A DNA stretch of 64,000 bases. It comes from Macrostomum hystrix (taxonomy: Eukaryota; Animalia; Platyhelminthes). Below the pieces are notes generated by a model that saw only the letters and a list, made by a program, of their open reading frames with translations, was not told the DNA's origin and searched no databases. Position 1 is the stretch's first letter. The number at the start of each line of letters is the position of its first letter. Positions 48,501 to 64,000 of the stretch are shown piece by piece. The stretch lies in the NCBI GenBank assembly GCA_950097015.1, contig CATNEN010000008.1, positions 2,480,001 to 2,544,000 on the forward strand. Direction: 5' to 3'. Position numbers and translations under genes: made by a program.

Positions 48501-48667
48501 TGCTGTTCGACAGACAATTTAGACGCGTCCAACGTGGCCGCCGCCATAGCGGATGTCGCAGCCTCCACATCGGCCTTGCCAGCTGCGGCAACGTCAGAGG
48601 GCGGCTGCGGTGGTGCCGGCTGCACCTTCTTGTTAGCTTTAGAGTTTGCTGCCGACTTCTTCGACAT
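45598..48667 (-). CDS. SYNCRIP: hnRNP Q/R (Syncrip)-family RNA-binding protein, 3 RRMs + Gln/Pro/Ala-rich tail (679 aa model)
   Basis: Phase-0 exons 48667-48176 (KALLERTG), 48100-47858 (EVFVGHLPRDMYED...RGFGFV, RRM1), 47007-46675 (RLFVGNVPKTK...NRGFCFVEF...VDWADPIEEPD, RRM2) and 46569-45598 (RRM3 DYAFVHF + tail). Exact orthology within SYNCRIP/HNRNPR/RBM46-47/A1CF is not resolved. Confidence 0.85.
47050..47770. repeat. 24-bp minisatellite (gggtgaatggtagagtgatggact) filling intron 2 of the Syncrip-like gene
   Basis: Tandem units between RRM1 and RRM2 exons. Confidence 0.95.
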
Positions 48668-51600
48668 TGAGCCGAGGGCAGGCTAACAGCTGCACTGGCA
48701 ATGATGATGATAAAGCATTAATAAAAACATAAAATGCTTGCGTGAATTTTTTGTGCTTGTATTTAAATTACAGGTAGTTATATAAATATTTATATAACTA
48801 TTCCTCATAGGTATATAGGCAAGTTTAGATCACATTATACAATGGGATGAGTTTTTTAGACAGGACTACTCTAAGAAAGCAACAAAAATAAAAATGTTAC
48901 TGCTATATTTTCATAGCTAAAATTATATTTGTGTTTTGTAAAAATCTGACTGAATTTATACCTGCACAAGCATAGTAAGTTGTTGTAATTTTAGGGACAT
49001 GAGAGTTAGTAAGTACTGATTTACAGTAACATCAAAATGAAAAGAAATGAAACATAACAAATGAAAAATGGTTTCAATGGCAAGAGAACAATACTTAAAA
49101 TGGGTCAAGAGACTAGCAATTTGAGCATTTTCAAATTCAACATTTGCATTTTAATTTAGTGTAGCAAAAAAATAAAGCACAATAGTTACAAATTTTAATC
49201 ACTTAGACATTTCCTGTTAGGAAAAATAGATCAAAAGCCTTTATTATCTACATCAAATTAGACTGTTAAAGATTAGTTCTATTTAAATTAACTTTTTATA
49301 TATTTTGGGACGAAATGCTAAATAAATGCGTAAGACTGCTTTAAACTATTATTCTTCAGATCTGATTCGACTGTGACATAGGAAAAATTCTTACAAGTAA
49401 GTTGAGGTAATTAGGCTATTGCTGACTATAAACATTATTACATTGGCTTTGCTGCCCTTGCAACCACATTTTCACTGAAATGATATTCTTCTATCTGTAT
49501 TTCTAGTTATTTTTCTAAAAATAGTTCAATAAGTAGTTTAAAAATAAGCATTTTACATGTACTAACAACTAAATTATTTGTTATAGTTTCACCACAACTC
49601 GAAACATAAAATATGTTTATATGATTGTGACATAAAATATATACAGCCTAAAAGCTAAATTTGTTTGGGGGAACCTTAAATGGGAGAAGCATTTAAGCAT
49701 TTAAGCATACTGGGCAAATACTATTAAAGATCTTCATGATGCTGTGACAAAATTATAATGAACTATTTGTTTTTACACAAAAGTTATATTAAAGCTATAT
49801 GCTTTATTTTTTGTTAAAGCTGCTAGTACAAGTATATGTTAAAGTGACAATTTTATGCCCTACTAGCCTAAGCTAATTTAAATTTGCTTGGAAGTTTTCC
49901 TGACTAAATCCTGCAAATAAGTCCTCCTGATTACTAAATACTGATACTACTGGTCAGCAAATCATTTTCTTGACAATAGCCTATGGTGAAGCACCATAAA
50001 CTGAACAAATGAGTTGGAATGAAAATTGTTTGCTCAAAACACCCTAGGCTATATTGTTAGGCTATATTAAGCAGAATTTTTATATAAACTAGAGATCATT
50101 ATTAAAAATGACATAGATTTCACTAACAAATACAGCAGGGACAAATAAAATTCACAATCAAAGTTAAGAGAAAGTTGCAATTGTTGCTGAGAATCATAGG
50201 CCCTAGGTGTACAGATATATATACTTTGCTAAAAACTGTAATAGGTGTACAAAAAAGGTTTTGAATATCACCTAACAGTCTGCAAAGCACAGTAGAGGAA
50301 TAAATATCCTCTTATCAAAAATATTATTTATTGTCTTTCTTGATTCCTTAGCTGAAAATATTGGATGCTTAGTTGATAAAATGCAAAGTTTAGGCATTCT
50401 TTTTTAATTGTTTGTTAATAATTAAACTTTAACAGTTTTTTTGAAAATTTACATTTCTATGCCTAATTGATGCAAAAAAGGGAAATAATTTGAAACAAGT
50501 AGAAACAATCAGAAACAATGATATGATGAGTGTCCAATGTAATGTCCAAATTCTGTAGTTGTGTATCAAAATTCAGCAAGGGTAATATTAAGGGAGTTTG
50601 GATCCACAATAAATGACAATGCTGCTAGGCAGCCTCGTGTCGTGGTCTGAAGAAAATTAGGGCCTAGTAGTGTGTTAGCAGAACACAGAAGATGTGCTAA
50701 TACTTCCCCTACCACTAACCAGCTCATCTCTTTAGGCCATAGGCACTCCTAAGCATGTCAACTATTTTGTTTTCATCTGCCCACAGTTGAACATTTGCCA
50801 CAGACAAGTTCCCTAGAACCCCAGAAGCAGCCCCAGTTTGTTAAGTGCAAAAAAGCAACCTTAATGGTCAAAATTCAAAGTCATTGCATTGATTCAAAAT
50901 GAAACTTTTCTGAAAAAAACTGTTTAATGAACAATTTGTTTGGATTTGGATTTGGATTTGGATCTGTTTGGATTTCAGATAGGCCCCCACTGTAATCCAG
51001 AGAAGTGACTAGTTTGGGCTTAGGTTCCACTAAAAAAATTGCTTAAATCTCAAGAAACCTAGGCTAATTATAAAGAAAAAAGAAAGCAAAGGCTAAAATC
51101 GAGCCTATACCTATAGTTTTAGAATTTTTTGCTAACAAAGGAAAAGGAATAAATTGGAATAATAATGAAAAGTTTTTGTGTGTGCGAGTAGAGCCTTGGT
51201 ATGTTCACAAAAAATCATAAAATTTAAATTAATTCTGATTTAATTACATAGACCCAAGCCCAAGGCCTATGGAGTTAATTAGAACTGTATGCGTGTACCG
51301 TGTGCAGTGCATAGTAGCGACATATTAGCATTAAGTCACTAGTGAAATGTCTTATGTCAGTTTTTATCCTATTTTATAATCGAAAATACATCCAGAAATT
51401 TGATATCACACTGTACATGACATTATCAATAGGTCCTAAGAATAAGTAGTTCAACGATAGACGATTAAAAGACTACGGCAATGCCGGGGCAATATATAAG
51501 TGCAGCCAATACAATAAAAGAAATCGAAAATGCGTCTCATGTAGCAAAACCGGCTGACGTAAAAAGCTTCACGAGCAGTTTAAGAAATAAGATTCATTCT

Positions 51601-51936
51601 ATCCCCGGTCCCACCCTATCCCATATAATTCGTCAATATGCTCGAATTTCCAAAAAATTGTGCGATTTTCGAAATTTAGACACTTATTTTAGACGATTTG
51701 TATAGGTACATTTCTGCCGAAAGTTTAAACTTTTCCCAGTTCTCTGAAAACGATGTTTTAGCGCAATTTACTAACGTAAATTAGTGGGGCTTGAACTATG
51801 CGAAGCACATTGTTTGCTAGGTTTTGATCGTGTATCAAATAATTTTAGTCATATGTGTTAGATTTTAGTCTAGAAACCTTTTTCACTTTTGTATCTTTAT
51901 TTAGCAACATTCATCTACGTTTATTATATTATTACA

Positions 51937-54783
<2,847 letters not shown>

Positions 54784-54814
54784 TTTGATGAGGTTTCGTT
54801 GCTGATATTTGGAT

Positions 54815-55255
54815 GGCAGTGGGTCAGGTCTGATGAACAGGGGAGGCTGTGGGTTGAGTCTGATGAACAGGGGAGGCTGTGGGTCAGGTCTGATGAACAT
54901 GGGAGGCTGTGGGTCAGGTCTGATGAACAGTGGAGGCTGTCGGTCAGGTCTGATGAACAGTGGAGGCAGTGGGTCAGGTCTGATGAACAGTGGAGGCAGT
55001 GGGTCAGGTCTGATGAACAGTGGAGGCAGTGGGTCAGGTCTGATGAACAGTGGAGGCTGTCGGTCAGGTCTGATGAACAGTGGAGGCAGTGGGTCAGGTC
55101 TGATAAACATGGGAGGCTGTGGGTCAGGTCTGATGAACAGGGGAGGCTGTGGGTCAGGTCTGATGAACAGGGGAGGCAGTGGGTCAGGTGTGATGAACAG
55201 GGGAGGCAGTGGGTCAGGTCTGATGAACAGGGGATGCAGTGGGTCAGGTCTGATA
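54815..55255. repeat. 30-bp minisatellite in the probable RNF113A 3' UTR
   Basis: gggtcaggtctgatgaacagtggaggcagt units between the stop codon and AATAAA near 55373. Confidence 0.9.
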
Positions 55256-55904
55256 AACGTAGTATGCATTAGCGTACTGAATGAGAAAGTTACATTTTTT
55301 TATTTACCGTCTACGTTTTTATGTAATTTGCCAGCCGAATTTTGTAAGAATTAGGCATTTTCAAATTTGTAAATAAACAAGCTTTCTGCTCTACTTATTA
55401 GTATGGTATAAAAAATGAAACTTTTTCAACGGAGTACTGTTGTATTAGGTCGGTTACTGTTTGTTTATCAATATTTTTTGCACAACCATAAATATAAAAC
55501 TCGTAAAAATCTGTGTGTTTATCGATCTACAAATATTCTGTACATCGGTTTTATAATAATAATCTATGAATTTACACGAGGCAAGTGTGTACAGTTATGC
55601 TGTAAAAGTAACATGCATGAGCATAGTGGGCTTCTTTTCATGCTATGAGGCTTACAATGCGAGGTATGCAAAACGATGTCATCTCATTATTAGAATTTCG
55701 CTTCGGCCTTCAGTTTGATTTATGTTCCTGCATGATCTCACATTAAATTGGGTATTTCAACCAGGGCGGCTAATTTTCCCTTGGCTGAAAGACAAATTCT
55801 AGACGCTTTCACTTTGCTTAAAACCAAATCAAGACCATTTCAGTAAAGTAAAATTTCAACAATGCTAATATACAGTGGTATACATGTTTGAATAAAGAAA
55901 GAGA

Positions 55905-57230
55905 AAGCTGCTACAAACCCCCGAAACAGCTCTTGTGTCACACATCATAGACCGCTGCTACAAGCCCCCGAAACAGCTCTTGTGTCACACATCATAGACC
56001 GCTACTTTAAGCCCCAAAACAGCTCTTGTGTCACACATCATAGACCGCTGCTACAAGCCCCCGAAACAGCTCTTGTGTCACACATCATAGACCGCTGCTA
56101 CAAGCCCCGAAACAGCTCTTGTGTCACACATCATAGACCGCTGCTACAAGCCCCCGAAACAGCTCTTGTGTCACACATCATAGACCGCTACTTTAAGCCC
56201 CAAAACAGCTCTTATGTCCATCAAAGACTGCTACTTTAAGCCCCAAAACAGCTCTTGTGTCACACATCATAGACCGCTGCTACAAGCCCCCGAAACAGCT
56301 CTTGTGTCACACATCATAGACCGCTGCTACAAGCCCCGAAACAGCTCTTGTGTCACACATCATAGACCGCTGCTACAAGCCCCCGAAACAGCTCTTGTGT
56401 CACACATCATAGACCGCTACTTTAAGCCCCAAAACAGCTCTTATGTCCATCAAAGACTGCTACTTTAAGCCCCAAAACAGCTCTTGTGTCACACATCATA
56501 GACCGCTGCTACAAGCCCCCGAAACAGCTCTTGTGTCACACATCATAGACCGCTGCTACAAGCCCCGAAACAGCTCTTGTGTCACACATCATAGACCGCT
56601 GCTACAAGCCCCCGAAACAGCTCTTGTGTCACACATCATAGACCGCTACTTTAAGCCCCAAAACAGCTCTTATGTCCATCAAAGACTGCTACTTTAAGCC
56701 CCAAAACAGCTCTTGTGTCACACTTCATAGACCGCTACTTTAAGCCCCAAAACAGCTCTTATGTCCATCAAAGACTGCTACTTTAAGCCCCAAAACAGCT
56801 CTTGTGTCACACTTCATAGACCGCTACTTTAAGCCCCAAAACAGCTCTTATGTCCATCAAAGACTGCTACTTTAAGCCCCAAAACAGCTCTTGTGTCACA
56901 CATCATAGACCGCTGCTACAAGCCCCAAAACAGCTCTTGTGTCACACATCATAGACCGCTACTTTAAGCCCCAAAACAGCTCTTGTGTCACACATCATAG
57001 ACCGCTGCTACAAGCCCCCGAAACAGCTCTTGTGTCACACATCATAGACCGCTACTTTAAGCCCCAAAACAGCTCTTGTGTCACACATCATAGACCGCTA
57101 CTTTAAGCCCCAAAACAGCTCTTGTGTCACACATAATAGACCGCTGCTACAAGCCCCCGAAACAGCTCTTGTGTCACACATCATAGACCGCTACTTTAAG
57201 CCCCAAAACAGCTCCTGTGTCACACATCAA
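55905..57230. repeat. 46-47-bp minisatellite with a ~229-bp higher-order period
   Basis: aaacagctcttgtgtcacacatcatagaccgctgctacaagcccccg units; identical ORFs at 56214 and 56443 mark the higher-order repeat. Confidence 0.9.
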
Positions 57231-59234
57231 AGACGCCCTGATCAAGTCTGTTGCTACTAATATGTTGGCAGTCTGAGCTCGGCAGTAGCAGTATTTCTTT
57301 CATCAGCCGCTGAGCCACAGGTTTGACTGCTCCGTTCAATTTGATCAACCTGCTGCTACCTTCGTCAAAGATCGGCAGAAAGTCTGCGTCCTGGCGTTGA
57401 TTCTGGGCTACCTTGGCCGGGCCTTCCAGGTGCAGCCGCCAGGTACGATGATGTTCGGTGGTCAGTACGGTCAGGAGTTCGTTTCTGACTAGTTCAGAGC
57501 TGCACTGAGCCAGGCGGAAGTCGCAGAAGCTGGCGTCACGACTCAGCAGCAGCAGCAGCTGACTGTGGCGGGACATGCCAGGCGTCAGCTGGGCGAGGCC
57601 GCCCTGCAGCAGTCGGCAGCTGCGGGTGGCCAGCAGGTGGCGCTGCAGCAGCGCGGCCGACTTGTGGCTCAGCAGATCTTTTGTAGCGGCGATGAGAAGC
57701 AGCTGGGGCGCCGTCGACGAAGCCGGGAATGGCTGGTGGCGGAACCTCCAGAGAAGCCATAGGATTATCAAAGAGAGCGATAGCCCGCTTAGCAATGGCA
57801 GCGAGAGTAAAACAGTGGGCAGCCGGACTGAAGCCAAAGACAGCTCTGCATTCAAGGTCTCTGGTTGCCTGTTGAGCATGTCTGCTGGACAGGACATTGT
57901 GTTTTGGAAGTGTGCTACGCTGAGCAGGTCAACGGTCCTAATGTGCTCCGCACTATCCGTTTGATTATGAGCGATCCATTCGATCATTCGCTTTCCGCAG
58001 CTTCTCTCCGGTGGCCTGTTGTTCTGCGAATTGTTCATTATTTTAATTAAGCACATTTTCCATTGTACGAGTAATTTCCTAATTCCGTCACTCTTGATTC
58101 TAAACATTATAAACTGCGTCACTCGGTAGCCTAGGACCAATTCTGGATTCCGTCAAATGTCATTTTTCAAACACTTAATTTGCAAAACTTTTCGAAATTT
58201 TCCTAATTTTTCTTTTTATCTACTTGAAGTAGGCCATACTCAGCAAAATCTCTAATAGTTGCAAGTTGAAAAACAAGTAACTTAAAAACGACCCCGGCTT
58301 ACCCGAGTCCATTCCACTTTAATGTCAATCATTGGAACATTCGGCACTTGTATTCGGACTGTCTTGTTCAACCTCCAGCCGGATGACTTCTGATGTGTTT
58401 CAAATGCAGTTTAAATTAGCAGTAAAACTCATGTTAAAAATGAATTTTTGTCATAATTGTGCTGCTCATTTTAGTCCTAGGTTTCTTTCCTAGTAACTAA
58501 TACGTTAAGTCAGATAATATATTATCTAACTTTACACAATCCTTGTGATTACTATCAGTGGGCAAAATCTAAAAGGTGTTGGAAAATCGCCAAGTCCGTT
58601 TTTTTCCGACTTACGTCCGGAAAATCTATGCTGACTTGAATTTTCGGCTCTCTATTCAAGAAGTTGAGCACAACATTGCTCAAATGTTGGTCTTTCAGCG
58701 CAGCAGTGATTTCGCATTGGCTGTTCCGTTTGGCCAGGCAGCCAGCGTCTCTGAAATCGAACTGCAAGAAGTTGTTTTTCCTGCTAGGCAACCAGCCAGC
58801 GTTGTCCCTGCACTGCCACAGGGGTGCCAGCAGTCTGAGCTGGGCTCTATGCAGGCAATCCGTGTCTTCCCCTCTACGCAGGTATTTTGCAAGCTTCGGT
58901 CTCAACTTGGCCGCATAGACAGTGTGCCCGAAGCCCTGATCAACCGGTCGCTTCGATCCTTTCCGGCTTTGTTGAGCCGAGTTTCGTAACTTTATTTCCA
59001 ACCACTTTCCTGTCACGGACTTAGTTGGACAAACAAAGAATTTGATGCAATTGGCTCTGATGTCTTCATTGTCCATGTAGGAATAGTTTCCGTAGATGAA
59101 GCCTAACTTGTCATTGGCAGCCACATCGCCAAGATCCAGGCTGACCGTCATCGACTTGGAGTCCAGCTTGGTTGCTTCTATTGGGTGTTTAGTCGGGTCT
59201 GAGTTCACCCATTGGTAGCTGCACAGATGGGAAC
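57220..59234 (-). CDS. Single-pass membrane protein with TIR/SEFIR-like cytoplasmic domain (3' exons only; 5' end not resolved)
   Basis: Phase-consistent exons 59234-58615, 58389-58303 and 58023-57220 (may hide a small intron). TM TVLLSLPLLSGLSLSLIILWLLW followed by RFRH. The tail shows a TIR-like beta/alpha pattern by eye only. Confidence 0.6.
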
Positions 59235-61348
59235 CTGAGAATTTAAACAAGGTTTAGTTAGCCAAGGTATAATTTCGAAATGGTGATGATGCTTTGCTAT
59301 GTGAGAGAGGATTATTATCTAAATTGGAGAAATTGTCCCAACCTGGATTAGTTAATTAGCCTAATGGGCTTTAGTACCCCAGGACTAAAGCACTCTATCC
59401 AGAGAGTTTCACCTGCACCTGCATATTCCGATTCCATGTCCACACAGTTGTGGGTTCTGCAGTGCGCACCGAAGCCTTTGACTTGCCTGGACGAGAGGCT
59501 CTGCATGGATTAAATGAGTCAATTAAGAACAGCGAAAATAATAGTTTTTTTAGAAAATCCTGTTTCACTCAAAGCTTTAGAAAAGTATACAAATTATCAA
59601 TTTCTTGAAATTTAAATGCTTAGAAAAAAATTGGGGACTTTTTGAAAGTTTTTTCATGCAATACAAGGCACAGTGAGAGTGTACGTACACTGCCTGACAA
59701 TGAGAAAGTCAGGGCAGATGTACACACCTGTGTGTGAGCATGTGCCTGCGTACAGTATCTGTGTGCGTGTGTTCTCAGGAGTCAGCGGAATGGGCAGAAT
59801 TGCCATCTCGGCTTAGCAAAGTTTCGAAGAGAATTGTTCGGATGTTTACGCAATGCAGCTTCCGCTATTGTGAAGTTTCTGGTATTCGAATTTGCGGACA
59901 CAAAGCATCGGTTATAGATCTATAGAAGCAGCGCTGACAGTATCTAAGCTACTGCAGGAGATCAAATCTATCATTGTCTTAATTATCATTATGTAAACAA
60001 TGCAAATTAATTGCAAACCCGATTCACAACAAGTTTAATTATGTTGATTCGTTCCTAAGTTGTCTTCGTTTGGCTTTCAATCGTGTATAAACAGCCAGAA
60101 CCAGTGGCGTTCTGACAGATTTGTGCAAAGGAAGCCAGACAGCAATTCAATGAAGGAAGAATATGGTCTTCTGCTATCTTGCTCTCATATCTATTCTTTT
60201 ATGCTATAATAGTAGACAGGATGTACGTATAGGCCTCAATAAAACAGAGACTGGTCTTTGTATAAACAGAAGACAAAGACTGCGAGATGATGGCACCAGG
60301 AACCAAGATCTGCATCTGCGATTGCTTCTCCCAACTTCCTTCTCGTTGTTTTTTTTGTTTTTTTTGTCCTTTGGTGGTCCCAGCGAGCGGTTTTACGGTG
60401 TGCTAGGACTCTTCACATTGTTGAAGTGGCTCTGTGCTATTCGATAATAAGCACTTTCAAATTTTATGAAACGAAAATACGCTGACAAATTATGGACTAG
60501 CTTGCATTCTGTGACTACAAAAATAAAATGTTTGACGCGCTCGTTGAATGAAACAATGAGAACAATTTTCCCACGACTATAAGATCATTCTGACCAGCAC
60601 AGTTAACAGTAGAATACCAGGCTATTTCCCCCCATGGGCATTTCAAATACCCCACTGCCTAATTCACGATAGCTCCCAAACCGAATGACAGATTCTCGTG
60701 AAAGTCCACCATGTGTATCAAAAGTTTCCCTCCATTACGATGAACTAACTTTCAAAGCAGTCCGACGTCAGCATCGTCGAGACATTCAGTGATTCTTGTC
60801 GAATACCCTGATAATAAGGACAACGACTAGAATCGTTGAATATCTCGAAGGTGCCGATGTTTTGTGAATCTTGAAGTTGTTTCATCGAATCGCTCGTAGA
60901 GCAGAGAATCTTAGCACGTTTTCTGGTTGCATGTGGTCCTTTTAATGTTAAGCGGGAGAAAGCGAAAGAAAACAACTTTGATTGATAAAGAGATGATAAA
61001 TCCCAAGATTTTATGTTCCTGAGCGTGCTCCGTACTTTTGAGGTTGGCCTCATGTGATGCAGATGCTACACTAAATAAAGTCCCTGGATTAGGGGTTCAA
61101 CGATTGTTTATACGAGACACCATCTTAGAACCCTGGAAATAATCCGCGTTTCTAAATTTAGGTTTCTGACGCAGCCAATTAGCCTTGGCTCTCTAAGGCT
61201 TCGATAAATTTGAAGGTATCTGAGATTGAGACTTTGCCAGTTGCTTGCGCGATTCAACTAACAGACCAACACTGAAATTGGAACTCACACAAGCGAAAGT
61301 GAGAAGCTAAAGTGAGAAGTTGACAACTGCTCTTCCAGTTGTCAACTT

Positions 61349-61530
61349 TAGGGAGATTTAGGGAGATTTTTCAAGGGGATTTAGGGAGATTCTTCAAGGG
61401 GATTTAGGGAGATGCTTCCAGGGGATTTAGGGAGATTCTTCAAGGGGATTTAGGGAGATGCTTCCAGGGGATTTAGGGAGATTCTTCCAGGGGATTTAGG
61501 GAGATTCTTCTAGGGGATTTAGGGAGATAC
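61349..61530. repeat. ~23-bp G-rich repeat (ggggatttagggagattcttc[c/a]a)
   Basis: About 8 tandem units containing TTTAGGG. Confidence 0.85.
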
Positions 61531-62259
61531 TGCAAGGGTATTTCTGGAGTTTTTTTCTAGGGCATTTAGACAGTATATCCTTTAAAGGATCATAAATTAT
61601 GTTCGACTTGCGAGACACTTGATATGAAGAACAAGTATTTAAATTATATATACAGGCTCATTCCCAATAAGCACTTACATTAATTGAACACTCTGAGGCC
61701 AAAAGACATGGTACAGCAGTACCAATGAGAAAAAGAAGAAAGCCGTTGGAAATCTTGATCGGCATGCTTCATCTGTCTCGAAGTTTATCATATAACTTTA
61801 ACTCTAGGTAGAATTTATCCTGGTGGAACATACACGATATATACATTTACAGCAGCTGAAATGTTAACGCGAAGTGCAACTCGAATAGCCAGTCAGCATC
61901 AGCCATTGGCTCGCCAGGCAAGCAAATTATAGCTAGCTAGTCTAAACTAGATTAAATTTAGCTCTTAGTTTATTCATTTGCTCGAGCATTTCACACTACT
62001 TAACAGTGAAGTAGCAGTAGTATAAAACCCGAAAATATCTATCTATCACGATATGGTAGTGTGCTGTAGCTTGAGTGTGAATAAATATTTTGCCGATTTA
62101 TCACAAAATTCTCACTCTGAACTCAACACAAAATCTCATGATCTCATATCTGATATCTCTTTTAACTCATATTTAACCCTCCTAGTCTCTGAGATCTGTC
62201 CTAATCACTGGGATTCTTCCTGATCGCTAAGAGTCTCTACTTATCTAACTGAGAATCTC

Positions 62260-62690
62260 CACTTATCTCACAGAGAATCTCTCCTTATCTCACAAAGAAT
62301 ATCCCCTTGTCTCACAGAGAATCTCTCCTAATCTCACAAAGAATCTCCCTTGTCTCACAGAGAATCTCCCCTTATTTCACAGAGAATCTCCCCTTGTCTC
62401 ACAGAGAATCTCTCCTAATCTCACAGAGAATCTCTCCTCATCTTACAGAGAATCTCCCCTTGTCTCACAGAGAATCTCCCCTTATTTTACAGAGAATCTC
62501 CCCTTGTCTCACAGAGAACCTCCCCTTATTTCACAGAGAATCTCCCCTTGTCTCACAGAGAATCTCCCCTTGTCTCACAGAGAATCTTGCCTCATCTCAC
62601 AGAGAATCTCTCCTTATCTCACAGAGAATCTCTCATTATCTCACAGAGAGTCTCTCATTATCTCACAGAGAATCTCTCATTATCTCACAG
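62260..62690. repeat. 22-bp minisatellite (tctcacagagaatctccccttg)
   Basis: Tandem units. Confidence 0.9.
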
Positions 62691-63374
62691 AGATCTTTGC
62701 TTATCTTATAGTTATATCTTCCAGAGAGTGTCACAGACGATTGTGTCGGTGAATCATTGTGTTCTTGTCATAAAATGTAGCATCAATTAGTTAAAGTAAC
62801 GTTTGAAAAAAATGATAAATAAACGTTTGTTTCTAACAAACTCCACAGAATGTATTGGGACTATAAGAACTTATAACCAAAAACTTTGAGTATTTTTCTG
62901 CTGATTAGACCCGCGACAATAACGAATATCTCAAGAAGACAAACAACAGCGCTTCAAATTAATTTCAGGCATTCAGAAAGCTCAGAAAAAAAATTAACAC
63001 GAGGAGTGAAGCATCGGGACAATGTCCACGGACTGGATTTATCAAAAAGAAAAATATATAAAAAACTAGGCATAGCCTGTGCTTATACAACGCATGAAGT
63101 ATAAAGTAAACCAATAGACCGGATGGCATTGTGAACAATTGGGGGAATTGTCTGTTTCGTAACAGCGAATCTATGAGCAGGTGAGAAAAACTGGATAATG
63201 CAACTGAATAACTAATAGCAAACTAAGCGAAATTTTCCGCAAAAAACTGATGCAATAAAGTCTGCCAATGCCAGTTCTTGCTTGCTGATCATTGCCAGGC
63301 AACAAAAAACACTTTGAATTAATTCTTAAGATGAATCCTAGCTTAAGTAACTAAGGTCACGAGAAGAAACTGTT

Positions 63375-63580
63375 AGCATAGAAATTGCCATAGAAATATA
63401 GTTGCTAACGGGAGTTCCCATAGAAATACAGTTAGTAACGGGAGTTCCCATAGAAATACAGTTAGTAAGGGGAATTCCCATAGAAATACAGTTAGTAACG
63501 GGAGTTCCCATAGAAATACAGTTAGTAAGGGGAATTCCCATAGAAATACAGTTAGTAAGGGGAGTTCCCATAGAAATATA
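63375..63580. repeat. 30-bp minisatellite (ccatagaaatacagttagtaacgggagttc)
   Basis: About 6 tandem units decaying to the right. Confidence 0.85.
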
Positions 63581-64000
63581 GTTGATAAAGTATTCCTAAA
63601 TAAGTATAGTTTCTAAGGGGAATCCCAATTGCAATACAGTTTCTCAGGGAAATTTCAATAGAAACACAGTTGCCAAGTGGATATAAATAGACATGTAGTT
63701 GCTACGGGGAATTCCCAAGCAAAGTTGTTAGCCAAGGTGAATTCCCAAATAAATATAGTTGGCTGACTGGCTAAGGGTAATTCCTATAGTAGTCTAGTTG
63801 ATTAGGGAAAATTACGACAGAAAATAGTTGTTAAAGGGGAACAACATCGAAACCGAGTTGCCAAAAGAATCCCAGTTGCTGTAAGAAATTTTACTTAAAA
63901 CAACTTTACGGCCAAAATGAAGCCCCCAGCGAAATTATTGTTAGCAAAAGAAAATGCTTTACGATAACAAGCAGACAGAGAAACAAAAAATTAGTTTTTC

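Noticed and set aside
54815-55255. CTGATGA in every unit, suggesting hammerhead cores or C/D snoRNA boxes
   Set aside because: No stem II followed by GAAA and no terminal stems; the motif is just part of the monomer.
59400-61053. Candidate upstream exons of the TIR-like receptor (about 59410-59460, 60745..61053)
   Set aside because: Plausible but I could not link them unambiguously; left out of the model.

Overview
Eukaryotic (animal, probably invertebrate) genomic DNA. Its short GT-AG introns, Gln/Ala-rich exons and repeat-filled introns resemble a flatworm such as Macrostomum, but that is only an inference. By my rough tally about 40% of the window is tandem repeat, which explains most of the long low-complexity ORFs in the track. 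Hand-spliced, phase-consistent gene models: a type II transmembrane collagen (MACIT-like, minus, runs off the left edge); a 9-exon type I receptor with a discoidin-like domain, Ig-like domains and a Tyr-motif tail (minus); an hnRNP Q/R (SYNCRIP)-like 3-RRM gene (minus); RNF113A/Cwc24 (plus); and a partial single-pass receptor with a TIR-like tail (minus). Positions 4.8-33.2 kb are a rearrangement hot spot. A Thr-rich mucin-like exon there is broken by a head-to-head pair of Penelope-like retroelements (2295-bp inverted arms, intact RT + GIY-YIG, minimal hammerhead ribozyme motif). The region also holds two tandem segmental duplications (3157 and 5847 bp offsets) that each break within 1-4 nt of a Helitron 5' terminus and carry templated filler DNA, plus a head-to-tail trimer of non-autonomous Helitrons with swapped termini, the two long members carrying two internal satellites. 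Directly beside the Helitron array is an unexplained cluster of 6-7 hairpins with unrelated stems but a shared A(G/A)TAC loop. A defective IS630-Tc1-mariner element and a tRNA-derived CORE-type SINE sit in introns of the Ig receptor gene.
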